Origin: an uncultured Coprobacillus sp.
GTDB taxonomy: Bacteria > Bacillota_I > Bacilli_A > ML615J-28 > CAG-698
Assembly (NCBI GenBank): GCA_964385755.1
Contig: CAYLPZ010000006.1
Coordinates: 7,468 to 71,467 of the forward strand
Length of the DNA: 64,000 nucleotides
Direction: 5' to 3'
Below, piece after piece: positions 17,671 through 28,812 of this stretch. Numbering within the stretch: the first letter of the stretch is position 1; each line of letters starts with the position of its first letter. Both the position numbers and the translations under genes were made by a program. The notes beneath the pieces were generated by a model. It had not been told where the DNA came from. It ran no database searches and saw nothing but the letters and a program-made list of their open reading frames with translations.

Positions 17671-18279
17671 CTAATTTTTATAGATTAATGTTTCAGGATG
17701 AGAAAAATTAAGTATTATTTTCTTCTTAGGGTTTATTAATAAATTCATAGTTCCTTGTTCTTTTGTGTTCATTAATGTATCCATTGTTAGAGATCTATAT
17801 GGTTTAAAACCACATTTTTCTTGTACTCTTTTTGATTGATTATTGAAATTAAAATAACCACAAGTAAGAAAATCATAATTTAAATCATTAAATAAATAAT
17901 CAATTACCGCTTTGACTGCTTCAGCCATTAACCCATGTCCCCAATAATCTTTACTTAATACAAAACCGATTTCTCTGCCTTGATAACCATTAAATTCAGT
18001 TAATGTATCTTCCATTCCATATTTTTCAATGCCGAGGGAACCAATTACTTTATTTTTTGATTTGATTATGATTGCGAAAACCTTATCTTCTTTTATGAAT
18101 ATTTCAAGTATTTCTCTTGATTTTTCAATATTCTCATGATGGTTCCAACCAGCCATCTCTCCTACTCCAGCTTCTTTAGCGTATTCATAAAAATCATCTA
18201 AATCATCATAATTAAAACTTCTTAAAATAAGTCTTTCTGTTTCTATTACTTTTCCATTTATATTAAATTTTGCATTCAT
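17671..18279 (-). CDS. GNAT N-acetyltransferase (RimJ/RimL type)
   Basis: IETERLILR, EIGFVLSKDYWGHGLMAEA, NNQSKRVQEKCGF. Confidence 0.85.
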   Translation of the reverse strand: MNAKFNINGKVIETERLILRSFNYDDLDDFYEYAKEAGVGEMAGWNHHENIEKSREILEIFIKEDKVFAIIIKSKNKVIGSLGIEKYGMEDTLTEFNGYQGREIGFVLSKDYWGHGLMAEAVKAVIDYLFNDLNYDFLTCGYFNFNNQSKRVQEKCGFKPYRSLTMDTLMNTKEQGTMNLLINPKKKIILNFSHPETLIYKN

Positions 18280-18314
18280 TTTATAATCCTTTTTTATATC
18301 TATATTAAATAAAA

Positions 18315-18336
18315 ACTTCCTATTTATAAAGGAAGT
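18315..18336 (-). terminator. Terminator after lipoprotein
   Basis: acttcct/aggaagt stem with a minus-strand T run. Confidence 0.55.
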
Positions 18337-18337
18337 C

Positions 18338-19285
18338 TTATTTCAAAGAAATGGTAAAAGTAGCTGGGAAAGATGTTGCTTTAGAAACTAGTACTAAGAA
18401 ATAATATGTTTTTCCAGCTTCTACAGTAAACTTATAAGTGAAATTGATATTACTTTCTATATTACCAGAAACATCAGCCAAGCCAAGATTATAGTTTTCT
18501 AAGTCATTTGTTGTTCCGATAAATCCAAGGTATGGATCTATTTCATTTACCGCAAGCACCTCAGTTGCTAAAGAAGCGATAGTTACTTCTCCACTCTTTT
18601 CTGCTTTATAACTAAAGTATTTAGAATTAACAACTCCTGCACCTTCAAAGGTAACTTCGTACATACCAAGTGCTATTTCATATGGGTTTTGTTTAGTCCC
18701 ACTTCCAGTTAAGACACATATTGGTTCTATATAAATTGTTAAATGCTTATTTTCTTTTGTGGCAACATATGCATTTGGATCATATGTATACCCTTCTGGT
18801 AATCCTTCTAAATGTACAAAATAATTACCATCTTCTAAATCTTTTTCAGCATATCCTTTATCATTAACAACAACAGGTAAAAAACAATTAGTAGCAGAGC
18901 ACCACTGCACAGCAACACCAGTTACAACACTTCCATTTGTATATTTTACTTCCACGCTGTAATTATTATTTTTAACTTCAATATTTACACTAGTAGTAAA
19001 GTTTAAATAAGTAATTTTTACTTGATGTGTCCCACTAGTTTTTAAGGCTTCATAATCAGCAGAATCTATCATTTCTTTTGTTACATTTACTTTTTCTTCT
19101 TCTTTATTATTGTAAACAACTAATAATTGTAGCTTTAGTATTTCAGTTTCAACATTTTCTACTGTAAAAGAATCTGCTATTGATTCATTTACAACGGAAA
19201 TTGATTCAACTTTTTTATCATTACATGAAATCATGCAAAATGTGCAAAGTAGCATAAATATTATACCAATAATTTTTTTTGCCAT
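18338..19285 (-). CDS. Lipoprotein with Ig-like, transthyretin-like and beta-sandwich modules
   Basis: Lipobox MISC; Big_3-like start (VESISV..LLVVY..GTHQVKITY), QWCSATNC, LEGLPEGYTYDP; paralogous to 22040 and 34012. Confidence 0.7.
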   Translation of the reverse strand: MAKKIIGIIFMLLCTFCMISCNDKKVESISVVNESIADSFTVENVETEILKLQLLVVYNNKEEEKVNVTKEMIDSADYEALKTSGTHQVKITYLNFTTSVNIEVKNNNYSVEVKYTNGSVVTGVAVQWCSATNCFLPVVVNDKGYAEKDLEDGNYFVHLEGLPEGYTYDPNAYVATKENKHLTIYIEPICVLTGSGTKQNPYEIALGMYEVTFEGAGVVNSKYFSYKAEKSGEVTIASLATEVLAVNEIDPYLGFIGTTNDLENYNLGLADVSGNIESNINFTYKFTVEAGKTYYFLVLVSKATSFPATFTISLK

Positions 19286-19382
19286 AATTACTCCCCTTTT
19301 TCTATATTATATAATAAAAATCTATATAATATTTTACTATTTTTATGATATTATTTCAAGTAATATATTTATATAAAATAAA

Positions 19383-19417
19383 AGACTTAACTTCAAAATA
19401 ATAATGAAATTAAGTCT
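19383..19417 (-). terminator. Stem-loop/terminator after the 813-aa lipoprotein
   Basis: agacttaa.ttca / tgaa.ttaagtct inverted repeat flanked by A and T runs. Confidence 0.55.
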
Positions 19418-19484
19418 ATTTTTTTTAATTAATTTGTTTTTGCCTTATTAACTTTTTAGTTTTTCAAGGTATACAATTGTTTAA

Positions 19485-21926
19485 TTATTTTGTGAAAACA
19501 TTTGTTTCTTCACCATATGTAAGTGTAATAGCACCATCAGCTAATGTACCTGAAAGTTCGATAGCTTCAGTATCATAAAGTGGAGTAACATTACTAAATG
19601 TTAATACACCATCAGCTAATTCCCAAGTGAATTCTCCTTGATACATACCAGCAGCAGAAGTAATGCTATATGAACCTGTTCCATCACTATTTAATGTTAC
19701 AGAACTTTCAATTTCCATACCAAATTTATTAGTAGTAACATAAATGTAATCACCAGAAACATCATCACTTTCAACTTTTGTTAAGAAACCAATTTCCCAA
19801 CCATCACCATAAGCAGCAAATAATTGTGTACCACCAACTAATGTAAATACATAATCATTCATTCCATCTAATACTGTACCATCTGTTGAAGTACAAGTAA
19901 CTGTTGTACCATCAATAGTATATAAATAATTATAATTAGTTACATTTCCCCAGTCATCTACAGAAACACTATATGTTCCATCAGCATTGATAACATAAGT
20001 GAAAATTTGAGAGTAAGCATCATATACCCATGTACCAACAACTAAATCAGTAACTTTAGGAGCTTCTGTAACAGTAATTACAATTGTAGAAGTTAAATCA
20101 GGATTAACTTTAGAAGTTAATTTAACCTCATATGTACCTTCAACAGTTGCAGTGAATGTACAAGTTGTAAATGAAGAATCAGAAACCAATGTAGCAGAAG
20201 AATCACCAGAAACTAATGTAGCTTCGAATGATGCATCAGCAAATTGGTTAACAGCAGCACCTAAAACTAAACCAGATCCAATATATGCTGTTGCTTGGCT
20301 AGAAGCAGTTACTTCACCATTGATATTAACTCCAGCTTCAAATGATGATAATGTTGGAGCAGTAACATTTAATGTAAATGTCTTAGAAACTTTTGCAGAT
20401 GAAATCGTAACCTTATAAGTACCTAAAACATACGCACCAATATTAACAACACCATCATAATAACTTCCATAAGCGTTCCAAGTTGAATTACCATCAGCAT
20501 CAGTAATTTCAACTTTAATTTGATCAACATCTGTACTAGCTGTTTCAGGGGTAAAATTAGAAATAACTATATTTAATGCTCCACCTTTTTCCATTGCTAA
20601 AGTAGCACCATTAACATCGCTACCATCAACTGTAGCATCAAATCCTTGTAATAAATACTTAGAAGCAGTATGCTCATTTACAAATGTTCTTTCACCATCT
20701 TCTTGATATACTCCAACAGAATAAGTATAATCAGCTTCAGCAAATAGTGATGATAAACCGATAATATTACCTTCTTCATCTTTTTCTAAAGATTCTTCAC
20801 TGTAATAAACATCAATAATTACATAAGAATCAGTAACGCTTCCTTTTTCACTTAAAGAAAATTCAACTGAAACAGCTTTTACTTGACCATTTTCTATTAC
20901 TAAGTAAGAGAATGAATATCTACTTGGGTTACCACAAGAAACACAATAGTCAATTGTTTCAAAATATAGTTTTGCTTCTTCGCTTTGAGATTGTTCAAAT
21001 AAATAATCTATTAATGATTCAATACCATTAATTTGTGCAGCATAGTTAATTACACTACTAAAACTAACACCTTTTAATGATTCTTCAGTTGTTTCAAGAA
21101 CTAATGATGCATTTCCTTGTTCGTCAACTGTAACACCAAATACTGAACCATCTTCTTCTAATTGATAATATGCATTTTCAGTATAATATTCAGAAGTAAA
21201 AATTACATTTAAACAATTTTGTCCAAATTCATAAGCATAAGCATTTTCATTACCAGATAAACCAATTACAGCACTACCATATTTAACGTTATTTGCGTTA
21301 GCAACAGCAGAATCAATAGCTTCTTCAATAGTCTCATAACCTTTTGCTCCAACTTTTACATTATAAGATACAGTTTGATCATTGTATGAAACTTTAACTT
21401 CATATGAACCAATTGTTGTAAATGATTCAACTTTTTCGCCTTTATCATTTAGTACTTCAAAAGTACAAGCACTTAATTCAACTTTTTCAAGTTTTTCACC
21501 TTTGATTTCATAAACTACTAAACCAGTTGTGTCTAAAGATTCACCAACAACATATGTTAATTTAGTACCAACAATGTTTAATGCAAGTTCAGGATCAACA
21601 GGATTTTCAGCTGGTAATACAACATTTACTTGATAAGCAGCTGATTGTCCACCAAATGAAACAATAACAGCATATGTTCCAGCGGCACTTAATGATTTAG
21701 GAGCATCTACATTTGCTTCAGCTGTTACATCCTTTTCAGATTCATCTGAATATTTTGCAACAACTTTTAAATCACCTTTAGAGAATGCATCTCCAACAAC
21801 GAATTCTGTTTTTTGACCAGATAATTCAAGTTCTGTAACAGTAGGAAAAGTATCACCACATGAAACAAAACATAACATACCTAGTAAAAAAACTAATGAT
21901 AATATTATTTTTTTCATACTTTTCAT
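19485..21926 (-). CDS. Large lipoprotein with tandem bacterial Ig-like (Big_3) domains and two C-terminal beta repeats
   Basis: Lipobox FVSC; KTEFVVGD..DLKVVAKYSD and KLTYVVGESLDTTGLVV Ig repeats; C-terminal VGTWVY..ADGTY and GDYIY..SDGTG repeats. Confidence 0.75.
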   Translation of the reverse strand: MKSMKKIILSLVFLLGMLCFVSCGDTFPTVTELELSGQKTEFVVGDAFSKGDLKVVAKYSDESEKDVTAEANVDAPKSLSAAGTYAVIVSFGGQSAAYQVNVVLPAENPVDPELALNIVGTKLTYVVGESLDTTGLVVYEIKGEKLEKVELSACTFEVLNDKGEKVESFTTIGSYEVKVSYNDQTVSYNVKVGAKGYETIEEAIDSAVANANNVKYGSAVIGLSGNENAYAYEFGQNCLNVIFTSEYYTENAYYQLEEDGSVFGVTVDEQGNASLVLETTEESLKGVSFSSVINYAAQINGIESLIDYLFEQSQSEEAKLYFETIDYCVSCGNPSRYSFSYLVIENGQVKAVSVEFSLSEKGSVTDSYVIIDVYYSEESLEKDEEGNIIGLSSLFAEADYTYSVGVYQEDGERTFVNEHTASKYLLQGFDATVDGSDVNGATLAMEKGGALNIVISNFTPETASTDVDQIKVEITDADGNSTWNAYGSYYDGVVNIGAYVLGTYKVTISSAKVSKTFTLNVTAPTLSSFEAGVNINGEVTASSQATAYIGSGLVLGAAVNQFADASFEATLVSGDSSATLVSDSSFTTCTFTATVEGTYEVKLTSKVNPDLTSTIVITVTEAPKVTDLVVGTWVYDAYSQIFTYVINADGTYSVSVDDWGNVTNYNYLYTIDGTTVTCTSTDGTVLDGMNDYVFTLVGGTQLFAAYGDGWEIGFLTKVESDDVSGDYIYVTTNKFGMEIESSVTLNSDGTGSYSITSAAGMYQGEFTWELADGVLTFSNVTPLYDTEAIELSGTLADGAITLTYGEETNVFTK

Positions 21927-21988
21927 ATATTCCTCTTTCCTTCCTTTTAAGATATATTATTTTATCATTTTTTTACATTTTTTTCAAT

Positions 21989-22022
21989 AAAAACGTTCCA
22001 TTTGCTGAAAATGAAACGTTTT
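21989..22022. terminator. Intergenic stem-loop/terminator
   Basis: aaaacgtt..cattt / aaatg..aacgtttt inverted repeat with flanking A and T runs. Confidence 0.5.
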
Positions 22023-22039
22023 CTTTTTTTATACATATT

Positions 22040-23428
22040 TTATTTTTCTACGTAATAACCACAAGCGAATAACCACTGATCTTCCTCTTTGGCATATACA
22101 TCAGCCATTTCTACGAAACCATATCCATCGAAGAATAACCTTTGTGATAAACTAAACTTTTGTAAAAATTCTTTAAGTTCCATTGTAACATAACATACAC
22201 CATCGGAATTACATACTGCTGCATATTCATTTTCAATGAATAATTTATAATTTTCTGTGCCATCTGATACTGTTAAGTCATTATTCCCATTATACTCAAT
22301 AATATTTAATCCTTGGTCATAATAAGCACATGGAGCAGTAATTTTAGCACATAATGCAGGGCCAAAAGTATTAGTTACGCTGTCATATACATGCCAAAGT
22401 TTTGTTTCTTCGTTATACTTAAAATTATTACCATTTAATAGACCTGTTCCATTAGTTAATCCACTATAATAACTTCCTGTTCCACCATCTGAGTTAATAT
22501 ATTTATGAGTAGATGTAGAATATTTATCTGGTACTCTAGCAAGTTCACATTCCTTTGCAACCATCAATTTAACATCTGGATGATCAAGTTCATATTTATC
22601 ATAATATTCAATTGTAAAATCAATAGTAAGTGGGTATAAATCAATTTTTGATTCCGCAAATACAACAAATGTAAATACACTACCAATTTGTTCATCAGCT
22701 AAGCTTAACTTCCATTTGAAGTTTTTTGTGTAGCCTCCACTTTTACTAGCTCCGCCGTCATTATATGTTTTATCAAAGAATTTCGCCGCAAATGATCCAT
22801 TCCAAACATCAAGCTTTGGATTAATGATATCTTCATTGATATTTACATGTGATTCTACTATATATGTTCCAGATTTCTTTGGAGCATATTCGTAATATAC
22901 TTTATGCGATTTAGAAGTTAAAATAGTTCTATATGTTCCAGTTGTAGTGATTTCATACTCTTTGTATAATGCTGTTCCACTACCTTTACTTATTTTTCCA
23001 ACCTTTACTAGTTCAATCTCTACAGTACTGTTTTCATTATCTGCATTATAAATATTAGGATTATATGAGTAATTTTCAGGAGCACTCTCTAGATACACGT
23101 TATATGAACCATCTAATTTTATTTTCGCATAACCATTACTATCAATTACTGCTGAATATTGTGAATAATCATCAGCCCAAATGACAGTAATCTTCTCACC
23201 ATTTGTTGGAATATATATTTTCTTATTATATATTAATGATACACAAAACTCTGTTTTTTCATCGACTGGTTCATCTTGTTTTTTATCGTCTTCATCTTCA
23301 TTAGGATCTTTATTTTCATCATCTGAGATATCAATATCAGGAGGATTATCATCTATCACTTGTCCACATGAAATAAACATAAATAATAGAATAAAAATTA
23401 ATGATATACTAAATAATTTATTTTTCAT
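22040..23428 (-). CDS. Lipoprotein of unknown function, paralog of the 18338 and 34012 modules
   Basis: Lipobox FISC, acidic linker, YLESAPENYSYNP, YAPKKSGTY, C-terminal VTMELKEFL...QWLFACGYY. Confidence 0.7.
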   Translation of the reverse strand: MKNKLFSISLIFILLFMFISCGQVIDDNPPDIDISDDENKDPNEDEDDKKQDEPVDEKTEFCVSLIYNKKIYIPTNGEKITVIWADDYSQYSAVIDSNGYAKIKLDGSYNVYLESAPENYSYNPNIYNADNENSTVEIELVKVGKISKGSGTALYKEYEITTTGTYRTILTSKSHKVYYEYAPKKSGTYIVESHVNINEDIINPKLDVWNGSFAAKFFDKTYNDGGASKSGGYTKNFKWKLSLADEQIGSVFTFVVFAESKIDLYPLTIDFTIEYYDKYELDHPDVKLMVAKECELARVPDKYSTSTHKYINSDGGTGSYYSGLTNGTGLLNGNNFKYNEETKLWHVYDSVTNTFGPALCAKITAPCAYYDQGLNIIEYNGNNDLTVSDGTENYKLFIENEYAAVCNSDGVCYVTMELKEFLQKFSLSQRLFFDGYGFVEMADVYAKEEDQWLFACGYYVEK

Positions 23429-23446
23429 TTTCTTCCTCCTCCTTTT

Positions 23447-26071
23447 CTATCTATTTTTCTTAACTTTCTTAAATAATGCTTTGATATCTTGTAATCTTAA
23501 TTTTCTCACCATAATATCTACAACAAAAAGACCTGCAGCCAATGCTAAAAACAATGCGGTAAAATCAAAAACATACTTTTGTACATTTGAAAGGTTATTT
23601 ACCAAAACAAGGTTACCATCTTCAGACACCTTACCATTCACACTTACCATATAATAAAGGTTAGATGCTTCATATATTGTAAATGCGTCATATTCTGGAA
23701 GGTATGATACATTATATTTATACTCTGCTTTATAATTTAGTTCTCCAAGAGAGTATGATAACTCAAGAACATAACTACCGACTTGGGAAGTAGAAATTTC
23801 CGTCATATATTTTTGAACATTTGCATCAATAATACTTGCTAGTATTTTTTCTTCAGATGTTCCATCGGGATATGTCACTTTAATTTTAATTAATGAATCT
23901 TTGTTTAAAGTTGGTGCAGTAACAACCACTTCTGCTATTGTTCCTTTATTGTTACATTCTAATATGAATGCAGTATCTATTCTTTCACTAGGAATATTTG
24001 TAGTTACTATGTTGCTTAATACTTGTTTTTCCTGAACACTTTCCCATAAAGATATCCAATCACCAGAGATAGTTGAAGCAAAAGAAGAAACTTTTCCATT
24101 ACCATAATCCCAATAACTATACAATGGAATATTATACTCTACATCATCAATATCTGTATATGTAGCTTGTAAAACAACCTTAGCACTTAATTTTGCACTA
24201 TTATTATAAATACCTTTTACATTATTTAAAGTAGTTATGTTATTTACAAAACTATCTTTTTCTTTAACTATTGTTACAGGCATATCCTGATTTTCAAGAA
24301 CAACTTCATTTAATGAATTAAATACTTCATTATAGATTGTATCTTTAACATCATCAACTTCATGAATATAATGATAATATCCTTTACCAATTGAAGCTAA
24401 ATCTTTCATTAGCTGAATAGCATCAAGGTCATTTGTACAAGTTTGAATAGTTGATAAAATAATATTAGCTTCTCTCATAAGCGTAGCATAACGTCGTGAT
24501 ACTGATGTTTGTTCTTTATAAGGAAGTCCATCAGATATTAAGATTACTTCATTTTTGAAGTTTTCTTGTTCTAATAACGTTTTATAAGTATATCCTAAAG
24601 CTTCGCCTAAAAATGTTCCCTGATATGCTTCATGTTTATTAATCATTTCTTTAAGTTCATTACGATTAGAAGCATCTTTTAAGGTGAAAAGAGTTTCTAC
24701 CTCACCATAAAAAACTATGCAAGATACTTTAACATCATCTTCAAGTTTATCTAAGATCTCACAAGCAGCTTTTTTCGCAATTATCAATCGCCCAACTTGT
24801 TCCATACTTCTTGAAACATCTAAAAGAATAGTAACTGTTTTATTATTATCATCATTACCAAATTTTGTTGGTAAAAGATCACTTAATGCTTGTAATACTT
24901 CATCATCTTCATTATTTTGAATATATGTATTACCTATAGTAACTAAACTCTTACAAAATTCAGAAACTAATGTATTTAAACTGCTAACTAGTTTTGTATG
25001 ATTATAGAACTTTCTTATATCAACATTGGAAATTACAAATTCATCATAAATGCACAGTTCTTCAACTGTAAAAGGTACTTCATAGTTTCCAATATAAAAT
25101 GTTATATCAGCATCAGGATATAAAGCAAGTGCTGCTTCCTTATCAGATAAGTTATCTCCTAGAAATAATACTTTTACTTTTTCTGCCACATTTTGTGCGA
25201 ATGTATAATTGTTATTTATTTCTAATTCATCATCATCAGATGTTACTGTTACTCTATAACGATGTTCCCCTGCTGTAAGTGTGTTAAGCTTAAACGCTAC
25301 ACTATTATAACCCTTTTGTAATGTTTGAGCAGTTGAGTCATATTCTTCACCATCACAAAATAGTTTGACAATTACTCTTGATTCGCTATTTGCTTGTAAA
25401 TATACACTAACACTTTCATCATAATTAATGTATGTTGAAACAGTGTAAGATACTGAATTAATTTGTACTTCTTTAGTATCTTCCTTTATATTATTATCTA
25501 AATAAATTGCATCAACATATATATCATCATTTGCAAGTGCTTCAACTATTCCAACTAAGTCACTTTCATTTGTCTCTTCGCCATCAGATATTAAAACTAT
25601 CCTTTTAATCACATTATCTGTAAATAAGTTGGAAGCAAAGGAAAGAGCAGATGCAATGTCTGTTTGACTATCATCAACTGTAGATTCTTTTACACTTTTA
25701 AGTTTTTCTCCAATGTTTACTAAAACCTGTTGATCTTTTCCAAAACAAATAACTCCTATTTTTGAATTTCTAGGACTGTTATCTTTTAGATTTTCAATGT
25801 ATTCATCAATTAAATCTAAATTTTTATTTGAAGAATAAGATACATCAGCTAAAACATAAATATTTGTTTCAGTTATTACTTTTTCATATGTTGTTTTCAC
25901 TAATGCTAAACTAACTAAAATAACGATAACTATATGTAATATGAATGAAACAATATTATTTTTAGATTTATTATCCTTATTAACAGAAATTACAAAAGAA
26001 ACAACAACAATTATCAAAAGAGCTAATAATACAAATAATAAATATGGTCTATCGAAGCTGACGTTGCTCAT
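23447..26071 (-). CDS. Membrane-anchored double-VWA domain protein; start at 26071
   Basis: MSNVSFDRPYLLF.. with two N-terminal TMs, MIDAS motifs ADVSYSS and LDVSRSM, LISDG twice, C-terminal TM. Confidence 0.85.
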   Translation of the reverse strand: MSNVSFDRPYLLFVLLALLIIVVVSFVISVNKDNKSKNNIVSFILHIVIVILVSLALVKTTYEKVITETNIYVLADVSYSSNKNLDLIDEYIENLKDNSPRNSKIGVICFGKDQQVLVNIGEKLKSVKESTVDDSQTDIASALSFASNLFTDNVIKRIVLISDGEETNESDLVGIVEALANDDIYVDAIYLDNNIKEDTKEVQINSVSYTVSTYINYDESVSVYLQANSESRVIVKLFCDGEEYDSTAQTLQKGYNSVAFKLNTLTAGEHRYRVTVTSDDDELEINNNYTFAQNVAEKVKVLFLGDNLSDKEAALALYPDADITFYIGNYEVPFTVEELCIYDEFVISNVDIRKFYNHTKLVSSLNTLVSEFCKSLVTIGNTYIQNNEDDEVLQALSDLLPTKFGNDDNNKTVTILLDVSRSMEQVGRLIIAKKAACEILDKLEDDVKVSCIVFYGEVETLFTLKDASNRNELKEMINKHEAYQGTFLGEALGYTYKTLLEQENFKNEVILISDGLPYKEQTSVSRRYATLMREANIILSTIQTCTNDLDAIQLMKDLASIGKGYYHYIHEVDDVKDTIYNEVFNSLNEVVLENQDMPVTIVKEKDSFVNNITTLNNVKGIYNNSAKLSAKVVLQATYTDIDDVEYNIPLYSYWDYGNGKVSSFASTISGDWISLWESVQEKQVLSNIVTTNIPSERIDTAFILECNNKGTIAEVVVTAPTLNKDSLIKIKVTYPDGTSEEKILASIIDANVQKYMTEISTSQVGSYVLELSYSLGELNYKAEYKYNVSYLPEYDAFTIYEASNLYYMVSVNGKVSEDGNLVLVNNLSNVQKYVFDFTALFLALAAGLFVVDIMVRKLRLQDIKALFKKVKKNR

Positions 26072-27926
26072 AGCAATACACCATCCAATCCGCAATAAAT
26101 ACAATAATTAAAATAATGAAGAATACTAATAAATCATCATATATACCATTAATATATATATCTTTGTTGTCTCCAATTAAACTTAGACTTTCAACTTCAG
26201 GGAAAGTATTACTTTCCTCTTCTGGCATATTAACATATAGTAAGAATTCTTTTGTCTCATCGCCTATTTTAATTAATACTTTATATGTACCTACTTCATT
26301 TAATTTTAATTCTGCTCTTGCAACTTTAGTACTTAAATAAGAAATATCTCCGCTTGGGCTTTCTACTCTAATACTATCAAAATTAGAAGCTACATTAATT
26401 GTGGCTATATCACCACAAACAAACATTGACTTTTCCATTATATTTGGAAATGAATAATTAAGTAAATTTCTTGATAATACAATGTAATCCATAAGTAGTG
26501 GTAAATTTGAATCATGTAGATCAAATGCGAAAACTACCTCAATATTACCAGCATCAGTTGAACCGGTAAAAATAACAGGATTACCATCGTGAGTTAATAA
26601 TGTGGTAAATTTACGATATAATCCATACTTAGCATATTTTGCTACATATATTTCATCATCATTTTTCCCTTTAACTAAGTTTTTAAATTCTGCAGTTGAA
26701 TTTTTTGGATAAGTAAGAAGCATTCCACCATTTACTGTATTTTCTTCTTGGTTTTCTTCTTCATAACCTTCTATCATCACAACATCCTGAACGCTAAAAC
26801 CAGAGCCTTCAATGTTATTCATTATACCAAATAGCCAAACTGTACCATCAGTTGGCAATTTGCTAGGTGCAAAAGAATCAAAAACATAAAGACTATATCC
26901 TGTATATTCTGTAGTATAGTTTTCTCTAGAAATAACTTCAACTGAAATATTTCCTAAAGTTTTTATTACTGATTCAATATAAAATGGACGATCACTAATT
27001 ATTAAAGCATTATATGAATGTTCTTTTTCAACATTATAAACAATGTTGATATTATCTATCATTAAATTATCTTCATTCTTAATTTCAGTTTTAATTTGCG
27101 TAAAATCTGTTTTAGTACAGATAAAGTTAAATGGAGTTTTTACACCTTTTAACGCATTTACTTCTAAAGTACTTGCTAATGTTTCATCTACATATACACA
27201 AACATTCAAAACTTCATCCTTAGAATATGAGATAACATTACCAGTAATTTTTACTGCACCTGCAATTTCTTCATACTGTGTATCAAAAATTGCATAGTTT
27301 ACTAAATCATTAGTTACATTAATTACTGTAATATTTGTTGTTTCATATTCTCTATCAGTTAATAAATAAGTATCAAGTGAAGGATTGTTATTATATAAGT
27401 TTTGAACGTAATTTATAACATTATTATAATCAACACTTGCACCGGTAGGCTCTGTTTTATTTAATAATTCAATTGCGTTTTCTTTATCAACAGATTTTTC
27501 ATACACCACTTTTGCTTTATCACCAACAAAAACTAATGTATATGTACTACCTTTTCTTGAGTCTAATATTATTTTTTCAATTTCCTTTTTCGCAAGTTCA
27601 TATTTTGATATTCCTGATTCTAAAGCATTCATACTGCCTGAACCATCTAAAATAAAACAATAATCCTTAGCTACATTAGGTATTGTAAATACTGGTTGTG
27701 ATAAAACTAAGGAAAGCAAAATAATGGCAATTATTTGTAATATTAAACTTATGATTCCACTTATTAAACTAACTTGTTTCTTACGTTTTAAAAACTTTTC
27801 ACTTAATGTCCATAAATAAGTTGATGCAACAATTTGTTCAGTATATTTATTTTTGATAATATAAATAATAATAACAATTGGCACCCCAATTAAAGCAAGT
27901 AAACCTAAAGGATATGTAAAACTCAT
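26049..27926 (-). CDS. BatA-domain/VWA protein
   Basis: BatA-type N-terminus (FTYPLGLLALIGVPIVIIIY..VASTYLW), MIDAS LDGSGSM, LLTD, C-terminal TM. Confidence 0.85.
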   Translation of the reverse strand: MSFTYPLGLLALIGVPIVIIIYIIKNKYTEQIVASTYLWTLSEKFLKRKKQVSLISGIISLILQIIAIILLSLVLSQPVFTIPNVAKDYCFILDGSGSMNALESGISKYELAKKEIEKIILDSRKGSTYTLVFVGDKAKVVYEKSVDKENAIELLNKTEPTGASVDYNNVINYVQNLYNNNPSLDTYLLTDREYETTNITVINVTNDLVNYAIFDTQYEEIAGAVKITGNVISYSKDEVLNVCVYVDETLASTLEVNALKGVKTPFNFICTKTDFTQIKTEIKNEDNLMIDNINIVYNVEKEHSYNALIISDRPFYIESVIKTLGNISVEVISRENYTTEYTGYSLYVFDSFAPSKLPTDGTVWLFGIMNNIEGSGFSVQDVVMIEGYEEENQEENTVNGGMLLTYPKNSTAEFKNLVKGKNDDEIYVAKYAKYGLYRKFTTLLTHDGNPVIFTGSTDAGNIEVVFAFDLHDSNLPLLMDYIVLSRNLLNYSFPNIMEKSMFVCGDIATINVASNFDSIRVESPSGDISYLSTKVARAELKLNEVGTYKVLIKIGDETKEFLLYVNMPEEESNTFPEVESLSLIGDNKDIYINGIYDDLLVFFIILIIVFIADWMVYCYEQRQLR

Positions 27927-28807
27927 TTCATTACCTCCATTTCAGGTAATTCTTTTAAGAATATTTCACTTATCGATTTTTCACTTGGTACAAGCATATA
28001 ATTTGCACCTCTTACACGACAATAGTTTGTGATTCTATTAATTGTATAATTTAATGCTTCATTATAAGCTTTAATAATCTCTCTATTAATATTCTTTCGA
28101 TACTCTAAGTTAATGTTTTCCGAATCATAGAAGTGAACTTTTCCACGAATTGTTGGTTTTAGTTCTTCTTTTGATAATATTTGAAAACATATTAAATCTC
28201 TTTTCTTACTAACTAAATGATCAATAGCTGTTTCGTAATCATTGTCAGTTAAAAAATCTGAAATAATAATTGACATACCATCTCCATAACCAACATTAGT
28301 TGGTAGTAAACTTTCAGTGATAAATACATCATCGCCAAATTCAATATTATTCAGTTTACCAATTTCATTATAAAAAGCTTCTTTTCCTATAATTTGTGAT
28401 ACAACTTCGTTTATCCTATTATTTCTAATTGAATAAATAGATACTCTATCCATTTCACAAATTGAGAGGTATGCCAAAGTAGCAGCAATCTTTAAAGCCA
28501 TTTCTGCCTTGTTACTTTGACCATAATCCATTGAATGACTTGCATCAATATAAATTCGTGTATGAACTTGTCTTTCATCTAAATATAGTTTAAGGTACAA
28601 TTTCTCAAGTCTACCATAACAGTTCCAATCTATCTTTGTAATATCATCTCCTGGAATATATTCACGATGATCAACAAATTCACATGATGAACCATGTATC
28701 TTACTTTGGTGATTGCCACCAAACAAGCCTTTCAAATTATTTTTAAGTATTATTTGTAAAGATTCAACCTGCTGTAAAAATTCTTCGTTGATTACATATT
28801 TACTCAT
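27923..28807 (-). CDS. DUF58 domain protein (VWA-like partner of MoxR)
   Basis: GSSCEFVDHREYIPGDDITKIDWN, LYLKLYLDER, IYIDASHSM, IIISDFL. Confidence 0.9.
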   Translation of the reverse strand: MSKYVINEEFLQQVESLQIILKNNLKGLFGGNHQSKIHGSSCEFVDHREYIPGDDITKIDWNCYGRLEKLYLKLYLDERQVHTRIYIDASHSMDYGQSNKAEMALKIAATLAYLSICEMDRVSIYSIRNNRINEVVSQIIGKEAFYNEIGKLNNIEFGDDVFITESLLPTNVGYGDGMSIIISDFLTDNDYETAIDHLVSKKRDLICFQILSKEELKPTIRGKVHFYDSENINLEYRKNINREIIKAYNEALNYTINRITNYCRVRGANYMLVPSEKSISEIFLKELPEMEVMK

Positions 28808-28812
28808 AATGC

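Noticed and set aside
20930-20960. Internal CVSCG resembling the N-terminal lipobox as a second translation start
   Set aside because: No upstream RBS, Met or hydrophobic signal helix; likely coincidental
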